DNA from: Chrysiogenes arsenatis DSM 11915
GTDB taxonomy: Bacteria; Chrysiogenota; Chrysiogenetes; Chrysiogenales; Chrysiogenaceae
Assembly: GCF_000469585.1 (NCBI RefSeq)
Contig: NZ_AWNK01000004.1
Location: 40,311 to 104,310 of the forward strand
Length of the DNA stretch: 64,000 nucleotides
Direction: 5' to 3'
A program made the translations under genes and the position numbers. Shown piece after piece: positions 41,438-52,900 of the stretch. The notes under the pieces were generated by a model. It had not been told where the DNA came from, did not search any database, and was given only the letters and a program-made list of their open reading frames with translations. Numbering within the stretch: position 1 is the first letter of the stretch; every line of letters starts with the position of its first letter.

Positions 41438-43027
41438 CTACAGTGCTTCTACGTCAAACTGAATGCCGAGTTCCTGCAACAGGCTACCATCCGAAAGCTG
41501 AAGACTGATTTTTGCCAGTTCATATTGAATCTCGGCATCCACCATACGGATTATACCCACGTTGAGATTATCTTCGCGCTCAATCATATCAATGTAGCGC
41601 GCTACACCGCGGTCAAACCGTTCCCGCTCAATTTCAAGCAGTTCCTTGAGGACAGTGGTATTCTGCCGATGACGATCCAACTCTTGATACGCTTGATCTA
41701 CCTGTGCAAGCCGCAACTGAAGTTGATTTGAAAGGTCTACCTTTACCGCTTCAGCCTGATATTGATTTTGGGTAATTCGTGAAAGCGCTATGGATTCTTT
41801 CGAACGCGCACTTTGATTACCACCTAAAGGGATGGAAAACTCAACACCAGCATACCAGTTGGGATAACGCTCCGAAAATGCTTCTTCAAAAGTTCTGCCG
41901 TAGCGCTCATCATACCGAAGGCTACTTTGGCCATAGCCCGCAACAAAATCGAGTTTTGGACGCAACTCATCGCGGGCTATCGCCAGAGAATGTTCTTCCA
42001 GCGCAATACGTTCTATTGCAATTCCGTAATTCGGCCAAACACTGAGAACCTGCTCAAAGTAAGTCTGAAAACTTTCCGGCTGTTGCCACGCGGTAGTGTC
42101 AGGCTCTGAAGTCGTCTGAAAAACAACGTGCTGATATTCATTGGCTGAGAGGTTGAGAACCCCCTTAATCGCACTTTTCACTTGTTCATACCCGCGCTCT
42201 ACGACAAATGATTCTGCCTGACGAAGTAGAAGGGTAGAACGGGCTTCGGTCATAGCAGTTTGCGGTAAGCGCCCAGCTTGCACGCGCCGCTCAATATCGG
42301 TGAGGATATTATTCGCATTTTTCAATGAATCTGCATTCAAAGCTTTCATCTGTTCGGCACGGTACAGCCGCCAGTAGAGGCTGAGCGCATCGTATGACTT
42401 ACTCAGAATCTGTTGCTGAGTTTCCTGTTTGCGGATTTCAATCTGTTTTTCTGATTGTGCGATCCGATTCTCAATTTGAGCCGCCCCAAATCCGCGCAAA
42501 ATTGGTTGACGGATACGGAAATTCAGCGAACCGACATTGTCGTTAATCCCAGTAGGATCATTCACCGAGCTCGTATTATTATAGCGTTTATGCCCTTCAT
42601 ATTCGACAGAGACCTCAGCCCCAGAAACGACTAACGTGCGCACGCCAAACTGAAAACGACCATTGCGGTCTATCGTCGTGTCATTAGGGGCTAACGGATT
42701 ATTTTCGGTTTTTCGCTCATCAGCACGGAGTATTGAAAAAAATTCCATCTCGTATGCGGCGCGATCATGCTGTAGTTGCGCCTCAGCAATTTTTTTCTGC
42801 TCTGCACTTACGAGCACCTCAGGATTGCGTAGGAGCACAAGGTGCACGAAAGACTCTTTATTTAGAGCCACAGCACCTTGTTGTATTTGCGTCAGCACTT
42901 GTTCGTGGCGATTCATGTCACCATGAGAAGGTTGACTCTCGGCCCACGCGGGAATGGCCAGACACGCTGCCGAAACCGCTAAACCTGCAAAAACTTTTTG
43001 GGGGCAAGAAAGTATATTCCGTATCAT
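41438..43027 (-). CDS. TolC-family outer-membrane channel protein
   Basis: Signal peptide ending PAWA|ESQ. Two-fold repeat organisation with long helical and short beta segments, with size and pattern typical of outer-membrane efflux proteins. I chose ATG 43027 after AAGAGG. 4-nt gap to the next gene. Confidence 0.85.
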   Translation of the reverse strand: MIRNILSCPQKVFAGLAVSAACLAIPAWAESQPSHGDMNRHEQVLTQIQQGAVALNKESFVHLVLLRNPEVLVSAEQKKIAEAQLQHDRAAYEMEFFSILRADERKTENNPLAPNDTTIDRNGRFQFGVRTLVVSGAEVSVEYEGHKRYNNTSSVNDPTGINDNVGSLNFRIRQPILRGFGAAQIENRIAQSEKQIEIRKQETQQQILSKSYDALSLYWRLYRAEQMKALNADSLKNANNILTDIERRVQAGRLPQTAMTEARSTLLLRQAESFVVERGYEQVKSAIKGVLNLSANEYQHVVFQTTSEPDTTAWQQPESFQTYFEQVLSVWPNYGIAIERIALEEHSLAIARDELRPKLDFVAGYGQSSLRYDERYGRTFEEAFSERYPNWYAGVEFSIPLGGNQSARSKESIALSRITQNQYQAEAVKVDLSNQLQLRLAQVDQAYQELDRHRQNTTVLKELLEIERERFDRGVARYIDMIEREDNLNVGIIRMVDAEIQYELAKISLQLSDGSLLQELGIQFDVEAL

Positions 43028-43063
43028 CGTCAACCTCTTTGTATCGGCATAGATGGCCATGGC

Positions 43064-43121
43064 TCAAAAAAATATAAACTTACCACCGTAAACTCCATTT
43101 ATTATAGAGATTACGGTGGTG
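43064..43121 (-). terminator. Hairpin plus U-tract between sapC and the tolC-like gene (terminator or attenuator)
   Basis: 10-bp stem ACCACCGTAA (43082-43091) / TTACGGTGGT (43111-43120) with a 19-nt loop. On the minus strand it is followed by AAGTTTATATTTTTTTGAG. Confidence 0.45.
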
Positions 43122-43128
43122 AATGTTT

Positions 43129-43875
43129 TTATGACTCAGCGATTACAGGCTCTGTTTCACCTGGCTTCAGGCTCGTCTGCCCATCTTTTAGCATCGCCAA
43201 GCGTTCAAGTTGGCTGAGTGAGGTTAAATGAGCAAAGATAGGCGCAAAGTAGCGCTTTTCGCGTATTTCAAGAAAGCGCTTATCGGAAAGATTATTCAAA
43301 CGCTCCTCATTGATCACATAACAACCAGTTACGTTGCGAATCTGCCCACCGTAGCGCACACGCATACTGAGCGGAGTAAAGAGATTATTTTCAGCCATGA
43401 ACGTACAGAATGCCTTCGTGAAGATCTCCATTTGTTGCATTTCGCCAAGGTATTTTTTTACATTGTCGATGATCACGGTTGGCTCACCTTTTTCAAACAA
43501 CGCTTGGCCATCTTTTGTCCCAACACAGTCCGCATCTTCATCAATGCAAACTGTAAATTGATCAGCTTGATCACTTTTAGCGAGGGCAAAAGGGTAACGG
43601 CGGATAATGGCTGGCACATATGAAGCCTTCCAACTCCCATCTTCAGCGATAAATAGATTTTCTCCGGCATCAAGGCCAAACATCACAACAGGCTTAAATT
43701 CATCCTGCTCTTTGTCTTCAAGGAAAACAATCGGATACACCGATGCCGCCCGAGCAAATTCATGCACCATGAGTGACGCAATATGAAACTTACTGGCAAA
43801 GGCAAAGCTGCTAATAGGTGTCACTTTTGTCTTCGCATGTTTGTCCTTGTTAAGCGGAACCAATTTTTTAAACAT
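43129..43875 (-). CDS. SapC-family protein
   Basis: The N-terminal pattern LVPLNKDKHAKTKV...F......H...L...EF..AA..YPIVFLED and ~250-aa length match SapC-family proteins as I know them. The gene starts 26 nt after the giant-gene stop. Confidence 0.75.
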   Translation of the reverse strand: MFKKLVPLNKDKHAKTKVTPISSFAFASKFHIASLMVHEFARAASVYPIVFLEDKEQDEFKPVVMFGLDAGENLFIAEDGSWKASYVPAIIRRYPFALAKSDQADQFTVCIDEDADCVGTKDGQALFEKGEPTVIIDNVKKYLGEMQQMEIFTKAFCTFMAENNLFTPLSMRVRYGGQIRNVTGCYVINEERLNNLSDKRFLEIREKRYFAPIFAHLTSLSQLERLAMLKDGQTSLKPGETEPVIAES

Positions 43876-43901
43876 TCTTGTCCTCCATAACGATATGAAA
43901 T

Positions 43902-46900
43902 TTAAAACTCAAATTCTTCCTCTGTGTAGAAGTCGAAAATGAAACTATCTTGAATACTTGAGCCAAAGCTCGAAAACTGGAAGTCTCCATAGAAGTTAAC
44001 CACCTTGCTGGAAGTATACGGCATTTGCAGGTTGAAACCTGGCTCTAAGCCTACTGGCGCTTGCTGCATAAATCCAAAGTCGAAGTTGATGCCACCAAAC
44101 ATTCCGTCAGAGATGCCAAGATCGCTCAAGTTCATAAAGGAACTCATGGTGGCTTTCTGTAAACGTGACAAGCTTGCATGATCAAGGAATGTTGTCGCAT
44201 TGTGCAAACGCAGAGCATCCATATTTTCTATCGATAATTCTTGGATTGTTTTACTTGCACTAGCCGAAGCGCCTCCCCCTTGAGATCCACTGAAGCGCAC
44301 TGACTCAAAAGCACTCAATTTGAATTCCGCTCTCACTGGACCATGAACAACGGCGTGATTACCCACAGAAATCACGTACACTCGCTGATCAATACCACGG
44401 ATACCAAATATATAGCTATCACCAGTAGCATCATCAACAACACTATACAGTTGCCCAGGACCGACAATGCCATGAATCTGCGCTGCATCTATCTTCAGTA
44501 AGTCAGCGCGGATAGCTTCAAGTTGAGGTATCAGGCTTGCTACTGGCTGATCAATAAAAAACGGTATCGTCTTGATAAACACCTGATTGGCAACAATATT
44601 GGCTGCTTGTGTCCCGAGCGAACTCTGGATACGATATTCCGAACTTTCAAGCCACACATCACCACCCGTCGCAACGTGAGCAATCAACAAAATACTATCG
44701 GTCGAGGTAAAGTAAATATCGCCTCGCTCTGATAATGTCTGTGCACTTGCTTTCATCTCTATGACCGGAGCCGTGTAACGAACTTCCCCCTGCCCCGTCA
44801 GCGACAGAGTGGCCTCTTGCACAATACTTTTTCCAGATGAAAGGACAACGGTACTATCGACGCCTGAGATATTCATAGCAAGAATCAGTGAACCATGTAC
44901 GGCATGGAGTTCGATAGTGCCATGACTACTCGTTCCATTCAGCATTGAATCCGTAATTTCTTCAACAAGAGCTTCATTGGTCATCCGCAGCACCGTTAGC
45001 TCACCGAACTGGTCATTATCACCAATGCGCAAATCTTCTTGGGCGGCAAGGAAGATACCACCATGACCAATATCCGCACTCAGTGAATCGACTTCAACCA
45101 CAAAAGGACGCCCTGATTCACCAAGTTGACTACCAGTAACCCGCAGATACTTTGCTAGGATATTCACGGTACTTGAAGGAGCACTGGTTATGACGCCACC
45201 AACCAGACTGACCGCAGTTGGAGTTGTTACATGAGAGATGGACATACTGTGAGTTGCTTCGATGCGAATATTGTTCTGAGTTTGCAATAGAGCTTTAGCT
45301 GTCATGGAGACTGATTGGGCACTAATGTCGAGCGTCGCATCTCCTGTAATATGAACCAGACTGTCGATAAACTCCACATTGCCGTTCCGCGCTAACAACG
45401 ACACATTACCACTGCTGGCAATGTCGCTCTGCACGATAATGGATCCATTTTCAACTTCTATTTGTAAGTGCTCGCCAGAGAAATTCAACGCACCATCAAG
45501 TATAAAGTTTCGCTGCTCACCGGAAACGCCTGCCTGCACCATTATGACAGTTACGGTGTCGGTTGCCAATTCAAGCTCAGACAAACGCAGATCACCACTA
45601 GTGGTAATGGTATTTAACCCCGCTATGGTGAATACCCCCTGCAGGGTAGTAGTCCCGCCACTGTGAGCACTTAGATCGCCACCAACCGTGAGGTTTCCTT
45701 CAATTGTCAAAGTTTCATCGGTTTTGATAGTCGTGTCACCGGTGATAGTGATTGCATCGCTGAGTATTACTGCTCCGGTTCCGGTGATAGCAAGGTCGCC
45801 GCCAATCTCTAGTGTGCCTTCGACGGTAGTTGCTCCGCCGACTGTCAGGGTAACATTGGCGCTGGTGAAAGTTCCTTCTATCAGCAGGGCATCGGTTGAT
45901 GTTAGTTCAGTACTTCCTTCAACGATAAAGATTCCGTCTAGGATGCTCTCGCCTGCACTGCTTGTGGTAAGGGCGCCACCAACAGTGAAGTTTCCTTCAA
46001 GTGTCAGGTCAGCATCGGTCTCGATAGTCGCGTCACCAATAATAGTGATTGTATCGTTGAGCATCACCGCTCCGGTTCCGGTGATAGCAAGGTCGCCGCC
46101 AATATCTAGTGTGCCTTCGACGGTAGTTGCTCCGCCGACTGTCAGGGTAATGTTGGCGCTGGTGAAAGTTCCTTCTATCAGCAGGGCACCGGTTGATGTT
46201 AGTTCAGTACTTCCTTCAACGATAAAGGTTCCATCTAGGATGCTCTTGCCAACACTGCTTGTGATGAGGGCGCCACCAACAGTGAAGTTTCCTTCAATCG
46301 TCAGGTCGGCATCGGTCTCGATAGTCGCGTCACCGCTAATGGTGATTGCATCGCTGAGCATCACCGCTCCAGTTCCGGTGATAGCAAGGTCGCCGCCAAT
46401 ATCGAGCGTACCTTCGACTGTAGTTGCTCCACCGACTGTCAGGGTGACGTTGGCACCGCTGAAGGTTCCGGTAATCGATAAGTCTGCTTTCGCATCGATA
46501 GTCGTGTCACCGCTAATGGTGATTGCATCGCTGAGTATTACTGCTCCGGTTCCAATGATAGCAAGGCTGCCTGCAACATCCAGCTCACCTTCGATAGTGG
46601 TTGTTCCGCCGATTGTCAGGGTGACATTGGCGCTGGTGAAAGTTCCTTCTATCAGCAGGGCACCGGTTGATGTTAGTTCAGTACTTCCGTCAACGATAAA
46701 GGTTCCATCTAGGATGCTCTTGCCAACACTGCTTGTGATGAGGGCGCCACCAACAGTGAAGTTTCCTTCAAGTGTCAGGTCGGCATCAGTCTCGATAGTC
46801 GCGTCACCGCTAATGGTGATTGCATCGCTGAGCATCACCGCTCCGGTTCCGGTGATAGCAAGGTCGCCGCCAATATCTAGTGTGCCTTCGACGGTAGTTG

Positions 46901-49900
46901 CTCCGCCGACTGTCAGGGTAACGTTGGCGCTGGTGAAAGTTCCTTCTATCAGCAGGGCACCGGTTGATGTTAGTTCAGTACTTCCGTCAACGATAAAGGT
47001 TCCGTCTAGGATGCTCTTGCCAACACTGCTTGTGATGAGGGCGCCACCAACAGTGAAGGTTCCGGTAATCGATAAGTCTGCTTTCGCATCAATGTTGATG
47101 TCACCGTCAATGGCTATTGCATTACTGAGTATCACCGCTCCGGTTCCAGTGATATCAAAGTTGCCAGCAACATCCAGCTCACCTTCAATAGTGGTTGCTC
47201 CACCAACTGTCAGGGTGACGTTGGCACCGCTGAAGGTTCCAGTAATCGATAAGTCTGCTTTCGCATCGATGTTGGTGTCACCGTCAATGGCGATTGCATT
47301 ACTGAGTATCACCGCTCCGGTTCCAGTGATGCCAAGGTTGCCAGCAACATCCAGCTCACCTTCGATAGTGGTTGTTCCGCCGACTGTCAGGGTGACCTTG
47401 GCACCGCTGAAGGTTCCGGTAATCGATAAGTCTACTTTCGCATCGATGTTGGTGTCTCCGTCAATGGCGATTGCATTACTGAGTATCACTGCTCCGGTTC
47501 CAGTGATATCAAAGTTGCCAGCAACATCCAGCTCACCTTCAATGGTAGTTGTTCCTCCGACAGTCATGGTGACGTTGGCACCGTTGAAATCTCCGTCAAT
47601 CGTCAGGGCTGCATCAGTATCGATAGTCGTGTCACCGGTGATAGTGATCGAATCGCTGAGCATTACCGCTCCAGTTCCGGTGATGCCAAGGTTGCCGCTA
47701 ATATCCAATGTGCCAGCGACTGCGGTTGTTCCACCGACTGCCAAGGTGACGTTGGCGCCAGTAAAGGTTCCGATAATCGCCAAGCCTGCTTTCGCATCGA
47801 TGGTCGTGTCACCGGTGATAGTGATCATATCGCTGAGCGTTACCGCTCCGGTTCCGGTGATGCCAAGGTTGCCGCTAATATCCAGTGTACCAGCGACTGC
47901 GGTTGTTCCACCGACTGTCAGGGTGACATTGGCACCGCTGAAGGTTCCGATAATCGCCAAGCCTGCTTTCGCATCGATAGTCGTGTCACCGCTAATGGTG
48001 ATTGCATCGCTGAGCGTTACCGCTCCGGTTCCGGTGATAGCAAGGTTGCCTGCAACATCCAGCTCACCTTCAATAGTGGTTGCTCCACCGACTGTCAGGG
48101 TGACGGCGGCGCCGGTAAAGTCTCCTTCTATCAGCAGGGCACCGGTTGATGTTAGTTCAGTACTTCCTTCAACGATAAAGGTTCCGTCTAGGATGCTCTT
48201 GCCAACACTGCTTGTGATGAGGGCGCCACCAACAGTGAAGTTTCCTTCAAGTGTCAGGTCGGCATCGGTCTCGATAGTCGCGTCACCGCTAATGGTGATT
48301 GTATCGCTGAGCATCGCCGCTCCGGTTCCGGTGATAGCAAGGTCGCCGCCAATATCGAGCGTACCTTCGACGGTAGTTGTTCCTCCGACTGTCATGGTGA
48401 TGTTGACACCAGTGAAATCTCCATCTATCGTCAAGTCTGCTTTCGCATCGATGTTGGTGTTGCCGTCAATGGTGATTGCATTGCTAAGTGCAACGTTTCC
48501 GGTTCCGGTGATGCCAAGGTCGCCGGTACTCACCAGCCTACCTTCGACGTTAGTTGCGCCTCCGACAGTCATGGTGACACCACCGCCGGTGTATCTCCCT
48601 TTAAGTGTTAAATCATTTGTGGCAGAAAGGTTGCTACTTCCTGTTGTGCTAAAAGTACCGCGCAAGATACTTGCACCATCGCTGTTCGCGACGAAGTCGC
48701 CAGCAACGGTTAACTCGCCTATGATTGTCAGGTCTGCTTTCGAATCGATGGTCGTGTCACTGCGCAGCTTGAAATCACCAATAAGAACCATATTGCCCTG
48801 ACTGTTGATTGTACTGGTGCCGCTTACCGTGAGTGACAGCGCACTTGCCTGATTGCTGGTGAGCGCTCCAAGGGTATCAATGTGCAACGTTCCGGCAACT
48901 GCATTTCTACCAAAGAGGTACGTGTCGCCATCTATAAAGAGCGTCGCATCACCGTTGAGCGTAGTGACGTTCAGGCTCGCAATGCGCACCTCGCTCTGAG
49001 TATTTGCGCCAAGGGAAATATCGCCATTGGTGGCGCGCATGGTGGTTTTGCCACCAAGTCGCAATACATCATCGGTATCATTGGCCAGTGCTATTGATTG
49101 GGCGGTGAATGAGTTATCGCCCGTCACGATAAGCTGTGTACTGGCGCCAGCGGTAATACTCTCTGGCGTAGTCACATTAAGGCGTCCCGCCGTATTGCTG
49201 CCTACAAACGTCACGGCATTATCAAGTTCCAATACCACTGCGCCAGCACTGTTGACCGTCAAGGTTCCGGCAGAGAAAAAGTCACCAACAGCATTGCCAA
49301 GACGAATTTCCCCGCCAGAGAATGCGGCATGACCTGTAATCGTAAGTTGTGCTTGCGTCAGGTTGGAAAGCACATTGACCGCTTGCGCACGAAGATCTCC
49401 ACCGACAGTGATATTCGATAGGGTTAAATTGTTGGCAGCCTTCAAATGGACATTTTTGGCTTGATGCACCGTCACGGCACCACCAAAGTTATGACTATTG
49501 TCAAATACAATATCCGATGCCGCATCAGCCGTGAGCTTTGTGATTCCCGTGACCGACAACTTGCCCGTCGCGCCATCATTAAGAGAACCCGATACCACCA
49601 GTTCTAGTGTTTTAGCAGTGCTTTCCCCCGCTAACACCATATCGCCATCGTGTGTTATGCGCACATTGCCATTGCTCACAAAGGTCAGAGTGCCAGTAGT
49701 GAAGGAATCGGTATCGATAGTAACGGCACTGCCTGAGAAACGGGAATTCTCTTCAACCGCAATCTGCGCCCCCTCTAGAGTACTCAGCTCATGAACCGCT
49801 GTCGCAACAAGATTGCCGGTGACGGTCAGATTTGCCAGTGTCAAGGTATTCACATCGCTGAGTGTTACATTCCGAGCGCCGAGCACGGTCACTGCGCCAC

Positions 49901-52900
49901 CAAAGTTGTGCGCGTTATCCAAAATGATATCGGCAGTCTCCGTTGCCTGCAGTGTTGTGGAGCCTGTAACCGTCAGGGTAGCATCAGTTCTGTTGGTAAC
50001 GGTGCCTTGTGCCGTCAAAGAAAGATTACCGCCGGCAAAGCTTGCACCGGCTAAGGTGAGCGGTGCGCTTTGGGTAATCACAACATTGCCAGTGGTACTG
50101 AATTGGAGTGCACCAAACGTAACATTTGATTCCGTGCCAATCACAATATCCGAACCGTCGCCAACCAGCAACGCTACCACACCAGCGACATCAATAGTCA
50201 CGTTAGCTTCGGTTTCAATACTTCCATCCGTTTCTAGGATAAGATCATTCGTCACATTCACAGCACCAAGATGAATAGACTGGGTATTTTTTAACGCCAC
50301 ATCATACGCATTGGTTATATGAATCGCACCACCCAGACTATGATTATTGTCAAGGTGGATAGCTTTTTCGTCTGCCACACGAAGTAATGTAGCGTTGATA
50401 ACGTGAAGCACACCGGTATCACCATCCGTGATATTGCCCGTCGCATGTAACGTCAGTTGCTGAGTAGAACTCGCTTGCAACAGGAGTAGATCACCCGTGT
50501 GAGAGATCTCAACCGCACCCGTCGTCGTAAATTGCAGCGAGCCAAAACGTGCCGTTACCGGCTCATCAATCGTAATATCTGCCCCACTGCCCGCCGTGAA
50601 AGAGGCGTGACCAAGTACGGTAATAATTGTTTCATTGCGTGTACCGATCGCACCATCCACTGTCGTCAGCACCAGTGACCCGGCTGTATTATTACCTGTC
50701 ATGATGGCATCAGCACCAGCCGCTACGTTTACAATAACCTCGCCCTCACTGGAAAACCGCATGGTTTCGGTGCTAAAATTATTCTCAATACCCAAAGTAA
50801 TGCTGGCAGCGGTAACATCTGTCAATCCACCAACTTCAATGGTATCCACTTGGCTTACGTGCCCGCCAGCATGAACTTTCAAATCACTATTGCTAGTAAT
50901 TGCGCCTAGCTTTACGTCATCAATATCAGCAATCGAAATGGCATGCTCGCCATCATTCAAAATCAATACAACGCCAGTAAAGTTATTTGTACTATTAGTT
51001 AAAGCAATCTCACCCGCCTGAGTGGTAAACGTTACCAAACCAGCATTGAGAGCTTGTACCAATGCGCCCGTTTGCGTTATGGCACCGGTGGCCGCAATGG
51101 TTAACGACCCACTCCCCACACTTGATGTCCCCAACTCCAGTGCTCCATCCTGCGTCAGCGTAACCGCATAGTCACCAGAGTTATGTAAATGCACCGTACT
51201 CGCGAACTGATTCGAAGTATCATCAAGTGTTATAACCCCAGCACCCGCGCTCAGGTGTGCCACTCCACCCACCGTAATGGCGCCAGACTGCACAATTCCT
51301 TGACCAGCTACGCGCAAGTCACCACGTATCGATGAGACACCCAATTCAAGTTGCTCATTTGTTGCTACCGTGACATTCGCACCTATCAACGCCACCGCAC
51401 CAACAAAGCGGTTTTGCGCATCAGTCAGCGTGATGTCAAATCGTTCATCACCACTTGCGGCAGTGATGCGACTCTCACCACTAATCACCATAACCCCTGC
51501 TTGCGAAATCACACCATGAGCATAAATATCCATATCACCTGTTATCGTAAGCTCTCCAAGTTCCAGCGCACGGTTGTTCACAATGTTAGCGCTCGCTGCC
51601 ACAAGGGACACATTACCCGAAAACTCGTTTGCTAGATTCTCAAGTACAACCGACCCCGTTGCATGGAGTGCCATATCACCACTGACGTCTAACGCGCCAG
51701 ATTGTGTAATATTTCCTGCTGTCACAACGGTGAAGTCGCCACTTATGGTTGATGCACTCAGTTGAGTGTTCAACATATTGTGCACGGTTACATTGTGCGC
51801 ATTAGCAAACGTCACAGAACCGGCCAGGCGATTATTTTCATTTTCCAGAAGAACATTCGATCCCGCCGTGACCGTGAGTAGCGTCGTACCACCCACCTCT
51901 AGCCAAGCCGCAGTATTTGCTAAAATTCCACCAACCGTTGACGAGAGAGCGACACCTCCTGTCACCACACTCTGCCCCGTGAGGGTGATCGCCGAACCCG
52001 TATCGCAAAGCGTAACGTCCGTTGCCTTCAATTGCAGTAATCCGGACGTGAACCCATCGCTATCATCAATTCCCAGTGTAATATCAGTTGTGGCCGTCAA
52101 GTCAGCAAGCCCCGCCACACTAATAGCCGTTCCGGTAGCCTGTATAATCGCACCAGCAGTCGCATCGAGTGTGAGCGAGCCACTGAGCGTCACATTCGCC
52201 AGCGAGACTGACTGATCCACGAGAGATGCATTTTTGCCACGCAAGGCCACTGAGCCAGTAAAGTTATTGCCTACATGAGTTAAGGTAATATCATAATCGG
52301 TTATGCCATCAAGACTACGAGCCTCTATCTCACTCCAACCGGTAACAGTAAGTGAACCACTTTGAGTAATATCGCCCGCCGCACTTATATCGAGATCTCC
52401 ACCAACCTGACTTTCAAGCAGTGTCAACGCCTGTTGATTCTGCAACGTTACATTTCCGCTGACATCAAGCTGTAAACTATCCGTTGCCAGTGTTGTCCCT
52501 GAAGCCTGTGCCACATCACCAGTGGCTAGAATAGTTAGGTTTCCATCAACTACGGTATTGCCGAGTGTAAGCCCGTGCGTCGTAATCAGGCTCAGATTGC
52601 TGGCAGAAGTCGCGACAGCTTTCAGAGTAAGCGTGGTGCCATACACGGTAGTGTCCGTATGTAACATTGCAGCCGCATCCAGCGACGCGCCCACAGTAAC
52701 CACACCACTAGCCGTTTCGTTGCCCTGCCATTCACCTCCGGCCTTTTCAAGATGACCGAAAATGAACTGGCTAAAGCCATGAGAATTTGCCAGCATCGAA
52801 TTGCTGATATTCAGCGCATCGCCAGCACTTACGCCAATATTCACGTTGCGCTCAGCGCTATACGCTCCGATGATCAACTCGGAACCATCACTTCCGGTGA

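Noticed and set aside
45560-48590. Regular repeat array considered as a possible CRISPR
   Set aside because: Repeat periods are 177 and 297 bp with no unique spacers. The whole array is in frame within a long coding sequence, and no cas genes are present.
45688-48801. 1,037-aa plus-strand ORF (P/S/V-rich) with no stop codons
   Set aside because: It lies exactly antisense to the tandem-repeat part of the giant gene. The repetitive codon composition of the real frame removes antisense stops. The translation is low-complexity and has no start context. This is a shadow ORF.
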